Part shown: piece by piece, positions 50,367 through 59,718 of the stretch | How positions within the stretch are numbered: the first letter of the stretch is position 1 | Layout: each line of letters starts with the position of its first letter | Source of the DNA: Patescibacteria group bacterium | GTDB lineage: Bacteria > Patescibacteriota > Patescibacteriia > UM-FILTER-42-10 | Assembly (NCBI GenBank): GCA_041664365.1 | Contig: JBAYKW010000001.1 | Location: 308,465-372,464 of the forward strand | Length of the DNA stretch: 64,000 nucleotides | Reading direction: 5' to 3' | Position numbers and translations under genes: made by a program | The notes under the pieces: generated by a model | Told to the model about the DNA's origin: nothing | What the model saw: only the letters and a program-made list of their open reading frames with translations | Databases searched by the model: none

Positions 50367-51419
50367 TTATTCTTTTAGAGTTAATTCTTTAACTGAAATA
50401 CCAAATCTTATAAACCAAGAATATATTTCTTTGTTTGTAACCTTTTTATTTTTTTGAATAATTTTTCTTTTTTTCAACATTTTTGGCGCTCCACTTAAAC
50501 CGAAATACCACGCTTTTAGTAATATAAAGAATAAAGATCCTGCTGAATAATTTTCGATATACTTACCTGCAGATCCTCTTTTTCCTAAAACCCCATATAT
50601 TTGATACAAATATCTCTTTAAACTATAGTAGGGGCTTATTAGTAATAAAGATATAGGAAATATTTTAATTGCCACCCATAGCCTATTTCTTTCTACAAGA
50701 AAAGCTTTTTTAGGAGAGTATTTCCCAGCAGTAGCCGAATACATATGATAAACTATAGAGTCAGGAATATACATTGAAATCCAGCCAGCCATTCTAGCCC
50801 TCAATCCAAGATCCGTGTCTTCACCAAAATAATAAAAATCCTCATCTAACAAACCAATTTCATTCAAAACTTTTTTTCTGTAGAAAGCTGCGCAACCGCT
50901 TGGAAAACATATTTCTTCAATTTTATCGTATTGATGAATATCTTTTTCAAGTTTTCCCCTTCCTCTATTTAGTCCATCTTTATATATTAAATGACCTACA
51001 TTATCAAACACATTTCTGTCAAAATAAGAAAGTATTTTAGGTGAGAACATTCCCACCTTACTATACTTCTCATCATTAGCAACATTCACTAATCTTGAAA
51101 TGCAGTGTGTATCCATTTCAGTGTCGTTGTTGAGAATAAAAATATACTCTCCACTTGACTGCTTTATTCCAATATTATTCGCTGCAGAAAAACCTATATC
51201 TTGTTTATTCTCGATAATAATAACTTGGGTAAATTTATCTTTAAGATATTCAATAGAATCATCATTTGAACCATTATCAATCACAATGATTTCAATGTTT
51301 TCATAACTTTGTTTCAGTATTGAAGGTATGCATATTTCAAGCAGTTTTCTTCCATTTTTGTTCAGCACCAAAACTGAAACCAGTGGTAAATCCACTTTTA
51401 TAGATTGATTCACTTCCAT
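50367..51419 (-). CDS. Glycosyltransferase family 2 (rhamnosyltransferase-like)
   Basis: IDNGSND, GFSAANN, LNNDT, SGCA, EDTDLGLR, ERNR. Confidence 0.9.
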   Translation of the reverse strand: MEVNQSIKVDLPLVSVLVLNKNGRKLLEICIPSILKQSYENIEIIVIDNGSNDDSIEYLKDKFTQVIIIENKQDIGFSAANNIGIKQSSGEYIFILNNDTEMDTHCISRLVNVANDEKYSKVGMFSPKILSYFDRNVFDNVGHLIYKDGLNRGRGKLEKDIHQYDKIEEICFPSGCAAFYRKKVLNEIGLLDEDFYYFGEDTDLGLRARMAGWISMYIPDSIVYHMYSATAGKYSPKKAFLVERNRLWVAIKIFPISLLLISPYYSLKRYLYQIYGVLGKRGSAGKYIENYSAGSLFFILLKAWYFGLSGAPKMLKKRKIIQKNKKVTNKEIYSWFIRFGISVKELTLKE

Positions 51420-51748
51420 TCCTTTTTATTATTATCTCTCAATGCCATTTCTCTGACTAGACCAGTAATCTCATGCTCGACAAACTCTAACTTAACGTAA
51501 ATTCGAAACATACCATAAAATAATGCAACTAATGATATATATACTAGTGCATCTACACCCCTACCGATTCCAACACTGTGCGCAATATAATCACTGACTT
51601 TCGGCCACCAAACAAAGAAAAGTATTCCAGACCATATAAAAATCCAAATCAACAACGCGATCTTTTTTACAGACCCTTCACGATGACGAAGAATAACACG
51701 AGATATTGCAAATACAACAAAAAAAGTAATAAAAATTTTTATAATCAT
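51410..51748 (-). CDS. DUF2304 family membrane protein
   Basis: 3 TM, GIGRGVD, EITGLVREMAL; directly follows a DPM-synthase-like gene. Confidence 0.8.
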   Translation of the reverse strand: MIIKIFITFFVVFAISRVILRHREGSVKKIALLIWIFIWSGILFFVWWPKVSDYIAHSVGIGRGVDALVYISLVALFYGMFRIYVKLEFVEHEITGLVREMALRDNNKKEWK

Positions 51749-51749
51749 A

Positions 51750-52448
51750 CTACCTTAATTTATTAACAAATATTTTAAATAATATTTTAATAAAATCTCC
51801 AATCTTTTGACCCTTGGCCAAAGAATAATCAGTATAACTAATCGTTACCGGGATTTCCATAAATGAAATGTGCTTATGCGCTATTTCTTCTAGTATTTCA
51901 GATGCATGCGCATAACGATCTTGCGAAAAGTGAATCTTTTCAGCTGCTACTGCTGTCATTGCCCGAAGTCCATTGTGTGTATCAGATAGATTCAACCTAG
52001 TAGTAAAATTCGTATATACGATTGCCAAACGATGCAAAACCTTCCTCATAAGTGGTATCTTACGCTGACTTAATTCCGTAAGATAGCGAGATCCAAGTGT
52101 AACTTCACACTTTTTTGCATATAGCGGTTCTAGCAAAAGTTTTATATCTCCAACTTGATGCTGTCCATCCGCATCAAAGGTCACAATATAGTCTGCGCCT
52201 CCATTTAGTGCTAATACTATCCCAGTCTTTAATGCCGCTCCTTGACCACGATTAATAAGATGCTCAATAATCATGCAATTATAATTCCGTGCAATTTCGG
52301 CAGATTTATCTGATGAGGCATCATCAACAACAATTATATCATTGTAATTATTCTTATTGAGGTCGGATAAAACATTACCAATTGTTTTCTCTTCATTAAA
52401 TACCGGAATTACTATGACAGTTTTCATTTTTTGCTGAAATAAAATCAT
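51750..52448 (-). CDS. GT2 polyprenyl-phosphate glycosyltransferase (DPM synthase-like)
   Basis: IPVFNEE, VDDASSD, NRGQGAAL, FDADGQH, GSR, DTHNGLRA. Confidence 0.9.
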   Translation of the reverse strand: MILFQQKMKTVIVIPVFNEEKTIGNVLSDLNKNNYNDIIVVDDASSDKSAEIARNYNCMIIEHLINRGQGAALKTGIVLALNGGADYIVTFDADGQHQVGDIKLLLEPLYAKKCEVTLGSRYLTELSQRKIPLMRKVLHRLAIVYTNFTTRLNLSDTHNGLRAMTAVAAEKIHFSQDRYAHASEILEEIAHKHISFMEIPVTISYTDYSLAKGQKIGDFIKILFKIFVNKLR

Positions 52449-52590
52449 TCTGATTTAAGCATCAAATATGGTGTTTTCGTTATTTATTATACATAATACG
52501 CAAGTAATTATCAACCACCAACCAACGATAATTATTCATTTACAAAAAGCAGTAAAAATGCTAGATTTTAAAGGATAAACAGATGTTTTC

Positions 52591-54261
52591 ATGAAAAAGC
52601 ACGTCACCTATATATTTGTTCTATTGCTGATTTCAGTGGCAATCGCAGGGTTGCCTAATTTTGTTAGTGGGCAATTTCCGGTCTGGAAAGACTCCATTGC
52701 CGTGGCCTGCTCAGTTAAACATATTGGCGAGAACGGAGAACTGGGTTTGGGTGATAATTTCTATATCAACTTTGATAATGTGAATATCCCCTATTGCTGG
52801 GATAAAAATGTATACCCTCTGAACCAGATTTACATGTACGCTTTTAGCTCATTTTCCAGTATCGATCCCGCTATGACTGTGACGCTTGTATATATATTGA
52901 TATACCTGCTGATTGTCACCGCTGTTTATCTGGTCGCCTGGGAGTTGTACAACAAACATCATCTGGCATTTCTTTCCGCGATACTGGCCGGAACCAGCCT
53001 AGCTCTGCTCCGGATTCTTACTATTTCACCGCAACAGCTTTTTGGCTTCCTGCTGATTTTATTTATTGTCTGGAATTTGTTGCAGTACAAGAAAACCAAT
53101 CAAAAAAAATATTTGCTTCTAATTCTAATAACAGTACTTAATCTGGCACTAATCCATCAACTCTCGCTGGTTGTAGTATCAATTGCTTTAGTAATATATT
53201 TCATATCTATCATCAAAAAGAAAGTTCTGATTATTCCCTTCTTATTAGTAGCATTTTCAATTATTGCATTTGGGCTATATATTTTTTCTTCCGGCAACAA
53301 TCCCCTGGATTATATCCTGAAAACGATCTATTATGCATCAACAATCGGAATGTCAAATCTTCTGCCGGCACATCCGATCTGGGAACATCCCGCAATACTC
53401 GGCTATTTTTTAAGTATCTTCGGTTTGTTTGGAGCATTGATTAACCTCTTTACCAAAAAATCACCTCTAAAAGTTTTCTGGTGGTCGATGATCCTTTTTT
53501 GCTTGTTTATGACCCACAGTTATTTGTTAGGTTTTTATTTTGTCGGATATCGCTTTCTATTCTTCCTTTTCCTTCCACTCAGCCTGCTTGCTCCGATATT
53601 TTTTGTCAAAATTTCAGGGGCCTTCGGTAAATCAGCCAGATACCCGATTGCGATAATAATTATCCTGTCAATTCTGGCTTCAGGAATTCATGGCGTTAAT
53701 TTTCTTTTGGATAATTATAACGGCTTAAGCAAACCGGTCCTACCGACCAAGGAATACAGAGAGGCTATAACATGGCTTAATGACCACTCAAACAAAACTG
53801 ACACTGTATTAACAACGATTCGCAACGACCAAAAGTATGGTACTTTCCTGCCCTACCTTTATAATGGCAACGTAATGATTTTTCCCACATTCTATTTCCA
53901 TAAACCAATGGAATTTGAATTCCGGGGCGATGAAAACACCTACTCCTATTCCGGTCAGTCAGCAAATCCCACTACAGTAATAGGAAAGCTGATCAAACCA
54001 TATGTAATAAATACCGAAGACGATGAAAAAGAATTTATTTCGTCTTATGAAGATCAGAGACAAGTGCTTTATGAAATGTTTAAAATGACTTATTATCCAA
54101 AAGACATTGAATCGCAAGAGTATCTGGATAAGTATGATATACGGTTCGTAATAATATGGAGAGGAAAACCGGAAAGCCAAATTTATGCCAATACTTCTGA
54201 ATTTAAAAAAGTATACCAAACTGAATCAATTGCAATTTATCAATATACGAAACTGAACTAA
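52591..54261 (+). CDS. Multi-pass membrane protein, GT-C-like
   Basis: P.WKD in loop 1, ~11 TM, YRF motif, EAITWL, and LDKYDIRFVI soluble C-terminus. Confidence 0.65.
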   Translation: MKKHVTYIFVLLLISVAIAGLPNFVSGQFPVWKDSIAVACSVKHIGENGELGLGDNFYINFDNVNIPYCWDKNVYPLNQIYMYAFSSFSSIDPAMTVTLVYILIYLLIVTAVYLVAWELYNKHHLAFLSAILAGTSLALLRILTISPQQLFGFLLILFIVWNLLQYKKTNQKKYLLLILITVLNLALIHQLSLVVVSIALVIYFISIIKKKVLIIPFLLVAFSIIAFGLYIFSSGNNPLDYILKTIYYASTIGMSNLLPAHPIWEHPAILGYFLSIFGLFGALINLFTKKSPLKVFWWSMILFCLFMTHSYLLGFYFVGYRFLFFLFLPLSLLAPIFFVKISGAFGKSARYPIAIIIILSILASGIHGVNFLLDNYNGLSKPVLPTKEYREAITWLNDHSNKTDTVLTTIRNDQKYGTFLPYLYNGNVMIFPTFYFHKPMEFEFRGDENTYSYSGQSANPTTVIGKLIKPYVINTEDDEKEFISSYEDQRQVLYEMFKMTYYPKDIESQEYLDKYDIRFVIIWRGKPESQIYANTSEFKKVYQTESIAIYQYTKLN

Positions 54262-54506
54262 TGCTACAAAGACTGGAAAAAATTAATGCGATATTAATAC
54301 TAGCCGGATTAATTGTATTGGCGGGACTGATTATCTATGCCGGGGTTTATAATCTGGTTTCGGGCAACCACACGTCTCTGGGTGATCCGTACTATTCCAA
54401 CCAAATTTCGGTTTTTGAAAGATCGCCCGCGATTACCTGGACCCTTTTCATCAACCTTATACTACTGACAATTCATTTGGTATTTACATTACGAAAAAGA
54501 AAATGA
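54261..54506 (+). CDS. Small 2-TM membrane protein
   Basis: Coupled to both neighbours; two hydrophobic helices. Confidence 0.6.
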   Translation: MLQRLEKINAILILAGLIVLAGLIIYAGVYNLVSGNHTSLGDPYYSNQISVFERSPAITWTLFINLILLTIHLVFTLRKRK

Positions 54507-54772
54507 AGCAAGTTTTATCAATCATTCTCGGAATACCATTTATTACCTTTCTCCCCGGTTTTTGTTTGAGCTATCTATTTTTCAAAAAAAATGAGATTAA
54601 ATCGACGGTCAGAATATTGTTATCTTTTATTCTAACTATTTTATCACTCCCGATACTAATTTATATCGCTACACAGTTTGGAATGAGGTTGAATTCTCTG
54701 AATATATTAATTACCTCATTAACATTAATTGTTATTTCTGCTAGCTACGTTTTTGTCAAAAAACGATTATGA
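54503..54772 (+). CDS. DUF1616-like membrane protein (paralog of 28423..28848)
   Basis: FLPGFCLSYLFFKKNEI...RILLSFIL. Confidence 0.62.
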   Translation: MKQVLSIILGIPFITFLPGFCLSYLFFKKNEIKSTVRILLSFILTILSLPILIYIATQFGMRLNSLNILITSLTLIVISASYVFVKKRL

Positions 54773-55371
54773 CTTTAGAAAAGATATATTTACCGGAACA
54801 ATATTATTTTATTACCACTAATATTCTAAATAAAGAATGGGTTTTTGGTAAATTAATACATGGTATTTATGAACCAAATGAAAGATTATGCGTAGCGTTT
54901 ATCAAAGCATTAAATGAATTAAGAAAAATAATGGGGTTTTTACTATCAGGATATGTCATTATGCCCAATCATGTGCATTTAATATTGAAAACAGCGGAAA
55001 ATGAATCTTTTGATACAGCTGAAGATAAATCTTCAGCTACGCGTTTTAATGATGTGGGCATCCCAACCCGCGTAGGCGAAAATTCATTTTCGCCTGGTCA
55101 TAATATTTCCCAAATAATGAAAGCAATAAAAGGAAGATCTGCAAGAATTATCAATGAAATATTGGGAAAAAACGGCCAATTATGGCAACATAGCTTTTAT
55201 GAGCATGGGATAAGAAATGAACAGGATTTTATTGAAAAATTAAATTACATACATTTCAATCCAGTGCGTGCCGGTTTAGTAGAGGACCAGTCGGATTTCA
55301 AATATTCCAGTTACCAGAATTATCATTTAGATGATGATTTGATTATTAAAATTGATAAAATTGATTTATAA
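54769..55371 (+). CDS. REP-associated tyrosine transposase (RAYT, Y1 HUH)
   Basis: YFITT, YVIMPNHVHLI (HUH), KGRSA, LWQHSFYEH.IR, YIHFNPVRAGLV, YSSY. Confidence 0.92.
   Translation: MTLEKIYLPEQYYFITTNILNKEWVFGKLIHGIYEPNERLCVAFIKALNELRKIMGFLLSGYVIMPNHVHLILKTAENESFDTAEDKSSATRFNDVGIPTRVGENSFSPGHNISQIMKAIKGRSARIINEILGKNGQLWQHSFYEHGIRNEQDFIEKLNYIHFNPVRAGLVEDQSDFKYSSYQNYHLDDDLIIKIDKIDL
55014..55094. repeat. Divergent pair of GTAG-type REPs inside the RAYT gene
   Basis: Minus strand cgcGTAG-CTGAAGAT-tt-ATCTTCAG (55017-55043); plus strand cgcGTAG-GCGAAAAT-tc-ATTTTCGC (55069-55093). Confidence 0.85.
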
Positions 55372-55443
55372 TTCAGTAGTGAATCTAGGATTACGTGATT
55401 TGATGATTAATCCGTTTCAATCCGCTATTAAAAATGGTTTACC

Positions 55444-55650
55444 TACAGCTGAAGATAAATCTTCAGCTACGCGGATAGGATTGAAATATGATAAATCGTC
55501 CGCCACACGCGGACAATCATCGAAAGATGAATCTTCCTCTACGCGAAAAGGAATAATGTATAATAAATCTTCCTCTTCGTGTTATAAAAATATTACGCGT
55601 TTGATAGATAAATTTGTTCCATCCCGCGTAGGCGAAAATTCATTTTCGCC
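55444..55650. repeat. REP array (REPIN/BIME-like) downstream of the RAYT
   Basis: 55444-55473 is identical to 55014-55043 and 55623-55650 is identical to 55067-55094; three decayed copies in between end at 55511, 55545 and 55581. Confidence 0.85.
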
Positions 55651-55680
55651 GTTATAATATACAAATATGATTTTTTTAGA

Positions 55681-57129
55681 ATGAGCATAAAAAAAATATT
55701 TTCTTCCACCATATTTCTAATGTTCTCCCGCATATTATTCCGGGTGATTAGTGCTGTGATTGGAATACTTTTAGCGAGATTCCTGGGTGTTGAACAGTTC
55801 GGGCAATACGCCACCGTAATAGCCTTTGTAAACCTGTTTATGGTGTTTAATGATCTGGGTGTTTCCAGATACAGCCTGATTGAAGGTTCAAGGGATAAGG
55901 AAAAACTGGCTACCCTGCTGGGCAACGGGTTAGTGATTGAACTGGTGCTCTCACTGTTTTTGTACGGATTAATGGCAATAATTATTAACCTGGTCGGTTA
56001 TTCAGCTATAATTATTGAACTGTTTATTATTCTCGCTGTAGCAGAACTTCTTTTCGAAAGCAGAAAAATATACCAGTCAACTCTGCAGTCGTTAACAAAA
56101 TTTTATCTGATTAGCTGGCAACAGATTATTTATTCTGTCTTGTTTCTTTCATTGGTATTGGTTTCTGTATTGTACAAACCTGAAGTAAAAGTTATCGCCT
56201 ATATCCAGCTATTCGTCTCTGCTTTGTTATTTCTTATCTATCTGGTTTTTGTTTTCAAATATATCCGTCCGGTTGTCAAACTGCGTGAAATACCCGCTAT
56301 GCTGAAACGTTCGTGGATATTCTGTATATCCTCTGTATTTTTTATTGTTTACTTTCAGATCGATATTGTAATGCTCTCAATCATGAAGACGGAGGTGGAT
56401 GTCGGACTTTATTCTGCGGCATATCGGCTGGTTGTTGCTTTCTATATGATACCGCAGATTATTTTCCAGGTTGCCTTGCCATATATATATAAATTCAGCC
56501 TGACCGATAAAGAGAAGTTCAGCAGAATCACCCATACAATCCAGAAATACCTTCTGGCTATGGCAGTTCCAATTACAGTCATTTTCTTGTTTGGTGCAGA
56601 TCAGATTATTAACCTTATCTATGGGAAGGAATATCTGCCTGCGGCGGTTGTGATGCAAATCATGGGTATTATAATCATTATCCGATTCTTTACCTATTCT
56701 TCTGCAGAATCAATCACCGCGATCAACAGACAAAAAATCCGTGCGACAATCGAGGGTATTACTGCTGTTTTGAATATTGTACTAAATCTGTTTTTAATCC
56801 CCCGCTATGGTTTTACCGGATCGGCCGTCGCGACTTTGGTATCCGAATTAGTTTTGGGCGTACTATTTTATATTTACATAGAGAAATATTTTAAGCAGGG
56901 AATGTTTATAGGATTAAAATATTTATTTCCCGCCCTATTATCAGGAATACTTATGTCGGTGATATTCTTTGAACTTTCCGGCAGAATTAATATAGTATTC
57001 AACTCAATTGTCAGCACTATTGTGTATCTGGTTGCATTATACCTGTTAAAATTTTTATCCTCCTATGATATAAAGCTGATCAAGGAAATCTTCCCATTTT
57101 TCAATAAGTCTTCAAATAATAATGAATAA
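55681..57129 (+). CDS. Wzx-type flippase
   Basis: LARFLGVEQFGQY, DLG, DIVMLS, VGLYSAAYR, LIPRYGFTGSAVAT. Confidence 0.92.
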   Translation: MSIKKIFSSTIFLMFSRILFRVISAVIGILLARFLGVEQFGQYATVIAFVNLFMVFNDLGVSRYSLIEGSRDKEKLATLLGNGLVIELVLSLFLYGLMAIIINLVGYSAIIIELFIILAVAELLFESRKIYQSTLQSLTKFYLISWQQIIYSVLFLSLVLVSVLYKPEVKVIAYIQLFVSALLFLIYLVFVFKYIRPVVKLREIPAMLKRSWIFCISSVFFIVYFQIDIVMLSIMKTEVDVGLYSAAYRLVVAFYMIPQIIFQVALPYIYKFSLTDKEKFSRITHTIQKYLLAMAVPITVIFLFGADQIINLIYGKEYLPAAVVMQIMGIIIIIRFFTYSSAESITAINRQKIRATIEGITAVLNIVLNLFLIPRYGFTGSAVATLVSELVLGVLFYIYIEKYFKQGMFIGLKYLFPALLSGILMSVIFFELSGRINIVFNSIVSTIVYLVALYLLKFLSSYDIKLIKEIFPFFNKSSNNNE

Positions 57130-58137
57130 ATATATTAAAAAAACGAAGCTATCAATTTACGGACTGGGTAATTTTGGTTACGCATTCCTGAAACATTTCG
57201 ACAGAAAACACACCGGTTTAAATATATACGGATATGACCGTGATAAAACCCTTATGGCACATTTAAGAAAAGAACGCACTCACCTTTCGTTATACCAGGA
57301 TTATAAGGTTTCGCGGAGTGTTATTTTTGCAAACAATGTCAAAGAATTACTGGAAGATTGCGACATTCTTGTTTTGGCAATTCCCTCAAATGCAACCAGG
57401 GAAGTAATGAAAATAATCAAGCCGTATTTACCCAACGGCATATCAATTGTCAACACATCTAAGGCGCTTGATTATCAGTCAGGTAAAAGACTTTCGCAAA
57501 TTGTCAGAGCAGAGCTTAAAAACAAAAATTTCAAATACGCTTTATTTGCCGGCGGAACAATTGCCGCTGATCTTTTTAAACATAACCTTTGGGCGCGACT
57601 ATGGCATGTGAAGATAAAAAAATCCTGCCTACTCTGGTAAATATTTTTGAATCCAGCAATCTGCGCGTTTATCCGAGTAATGATCTGGTGGGAGTAGAAT
57701 ACGCTTCAGCCTTTAAAAACGTGGTTTCCGTCCTGGCGGGGATAATTAAGGGAATGGGCTTCTCCTATGGCTCGGAAACGCATATTATAACAGTTATTGC
57801 AGATGAGCTGGAAAACATCGCTATAGGCCATTTTGGAGCTAATAAAGCCACATTTAGCATGAAAAGCCAGGCCTGGAGCAATGATCTTTGGATGTCCTGT
57901 ACGGGGTCTACTAGAAACAGGGAATTTGGTATATTATTAGGCAAAGGGATATCGGCAAAAAAAGCCGTCCTGATAATGAAAAAACAGGGGAAAACGATCG
58001 AAGGGATAAACACGATTGCTATCCTAGATACCATAGTCCCCCTGAAAAATTACCCCCTTTTAAAATTTTTACATTCACTGATTGTAAAAAAGAATATAAA
58101 AGTTGATGCAATTAAAGAAATAATATTTAAACAATAA
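57122..58137 (+). pseudogene. gpsA: NAD(P)H-dependent glycerol-3-phosphate dehydrogenase split by a 1-nt frameshift near 57583
   Basis: ORF1 has GLGNFG, LAIPS, SKAL, GGTIA. ORF2 has DLVGVE, KNV, G, D, TRNREFG, EG. One added base after CAT (57581-3) joins them as KH(x)PLGATMAC. Confidence 0.8.
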
Positions 58138-58149
58138 TACCAAATTGAA

Positions 58150-58851
58150 ATGAAAGCTGTCATCTTGGCCGCCGGCATGGGAACCAGATTCGGAACATTG
58201 ATTCCAAAACCTCTCACAAGTCTGAAAAACGAAATGACAATTTTAGATGCGCAAATATCCAAGTTGTCCAAAATTGACGGTTTGGATAATATTTTTATTG
58301 TTGTAGGATATAAAAAAGAAATAATCATGGAGGCGCATCCGGAAGGAATTTTTGTCTATAATGATGCATATGCACATACCAATACGGCTAAAAGCCTGCT
58401 GATAGCACTTGAGAAAATGAATGACGATGTTATCTGGCTGAATGGCGACGTCTATTTTGATTCTGCTGTTTTGGATTTGCTGAAAGTTTCGCAGGATTCC
58501 GCCTGCCTAGTGGATACGAAAAAGTGTGCAGATGAAGAAATAAAATATACCCTGTCAGACATCGGATTTATCAGAGAGCTCTCCAAAGAGGTAAAAAACG
58601 GCGAGGGTGAAGCAGTCGGCATTAATATGGTTAAACAGAAGGATTTAAAACTATTTATGGAGGAGCTCCGCAAAGTCGGTCAAAAAGATTATTTTGAAAA
58701 GGCTCTTGAAAACCTGACTTTATCCGATAAATTGAAACTGAAGGCAATCAATATTGAGAACAACTACTGCAAAGAAATTGATTTTGAAGAGGACCTTTTG
58801 GATGTGCAGAAACACATCAACGAATCAGAAATTAATAATGGTAAAATATAG
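58150..58851 (+). CDS. LicC/IPCT-like sugar- or alcohol-phosphate cytidylyltransferase
   Basis: LAAGMGTRF..PKPL, VGYK, NTAKSL, NGDV, GEAVGI, EIDF.EDL. Confidence 0.85.
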   Translation: MKAVILAAGMGTRFGTLIPKPLTSLKNEMTILDAQISKLSKIDGLDNIFIVVGYKKEIIMEAHPEGIFVYNDAYAHTNTAKSLLIALEKMNDDVIWLNGDVYFDSAVLDLLKVSQDSACLVDTKKCADEEIKYTLSDIGFIRELSKEVKNGEGEAVGINMVKQKDLKLFMEELRKVGQKDYFEKALENLTLSDKLKLKAINIENNYCKEIDFEEDLLDVQKHINESEINNGKI

Positions 58852-59704
58852 CATGGGAACACTTCCGTCTATTAAAGAATTAAAAGCAACAATCCAGCCG
58901 GATCCAAAAAAAGAAACTGTCTGGTACGCAAAATATGTGATCAGAAAAGTTTCTATTTATTTTACTTGGATTCTGCTACATACACCGCTGACTGCCAATC
59001 AAGCCACATTGATACAGGCGTTTTTTGGCATCGCCGGCTCTATATTACTTGCCTTCGGTGGATACAAATGGTCCGTACCGGCCCTGATACTGATCCAGTT
59101 GGGATATATATTTGATTGCGTTGACGGTGAAATTGCGCGCTACCGGAAAAAACCTTCCGTGAACGGAATATTTCTGGACTCGCTGAATCATGCTTTAGTA
59201 ATCCCTTTTATTTTCCTCGGACTGGTGATCTTCTCCTACTATCTGGTAAATGAAACTTGGGTGCTTTTTGTCGGTCTGATTTTAGTGATTTTTTCCGGCA
59301 ATCCCGTAAAAAAAGGGATGCTTTCTACCCTGTTTTACATGCTGGAAAGAAAAGATAATCCGAAATATCAAATTGCAAATATGGTACAGGATAACGGGTT
59401 ACAGCCGGCGAGTCAGAATCCTCAACCGGAAATAAGCACAATAAGAAGCAAGATGTCACTTAAAAACATTATTATTGCAGCAGCAAAAGACATCTCAGAA
59501 TATCCGACTTCAATGAATATTATCACAGTTACAGTCATCACTGACGTACTGATGCAAAAACACGGCAATTGGGAATACTATCCCCTGTCGCTTTTGCTGG
59601 TAATCTTTTACACCGTCTTTCTGGTATTCAAAGAAATATTTTTCCTGCACAAAATTTATTCCAACCGGGTGGTGGAAAAGAAATTCATGAATTATATTAA
59701 ATAG
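58838..59704 (+). CDS. CDP-alcohol phosphotransferase family protein
   Basis: TANQAT and DCVDGEIAR...S..G.FLDS signature; ATG 58838 preferred. Confidence 0.88.
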   Translation: MVKYSMGTLPSIKELKATIQPDPKKETVWYAKYVIRKVSIYFTWILLHTPLTANQATLIQAFFGIAGSILLAFGGYKWSVPALILIQLGYIFDCVDGEIARYRKKPSVNGIFLDSLNHALVIPFIFLGLVIFSYYLVNETWVLFVGLILVIFSGNPVKKGMLSTLFYMLERKDNPKYQIANMVQDNGLQPASQNPQPEISTIRSKMSLKNIIIAAAKDISEYPTSMNIITVTVITDVLMQKHGNWEYYPLSLLLVIFYTVFLVFKEIFFLHKIYSNRVVEKKFMNYIK

Positions 59705-59718
59705 ATTCCGCCTTTCAA

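Noticed and set aside
55444-55650. CRISPR-like periodic repeats
   Set aside because: Units are degenerate, spacers very short, there are no cas genes, and the GTAG hairpins next to a RAYT explain them.
55352-55657. 101-aa ORF with repeated DKSSATR
   Set aside because: It is a translation of the REP array, with no independent coding evidence.
57570-57590. Programmed -1 frameshift at TTTAAAC in gpsA
   Set aside because: Wrong phase, and the -1 frame hits TAA at 57583 immediately.
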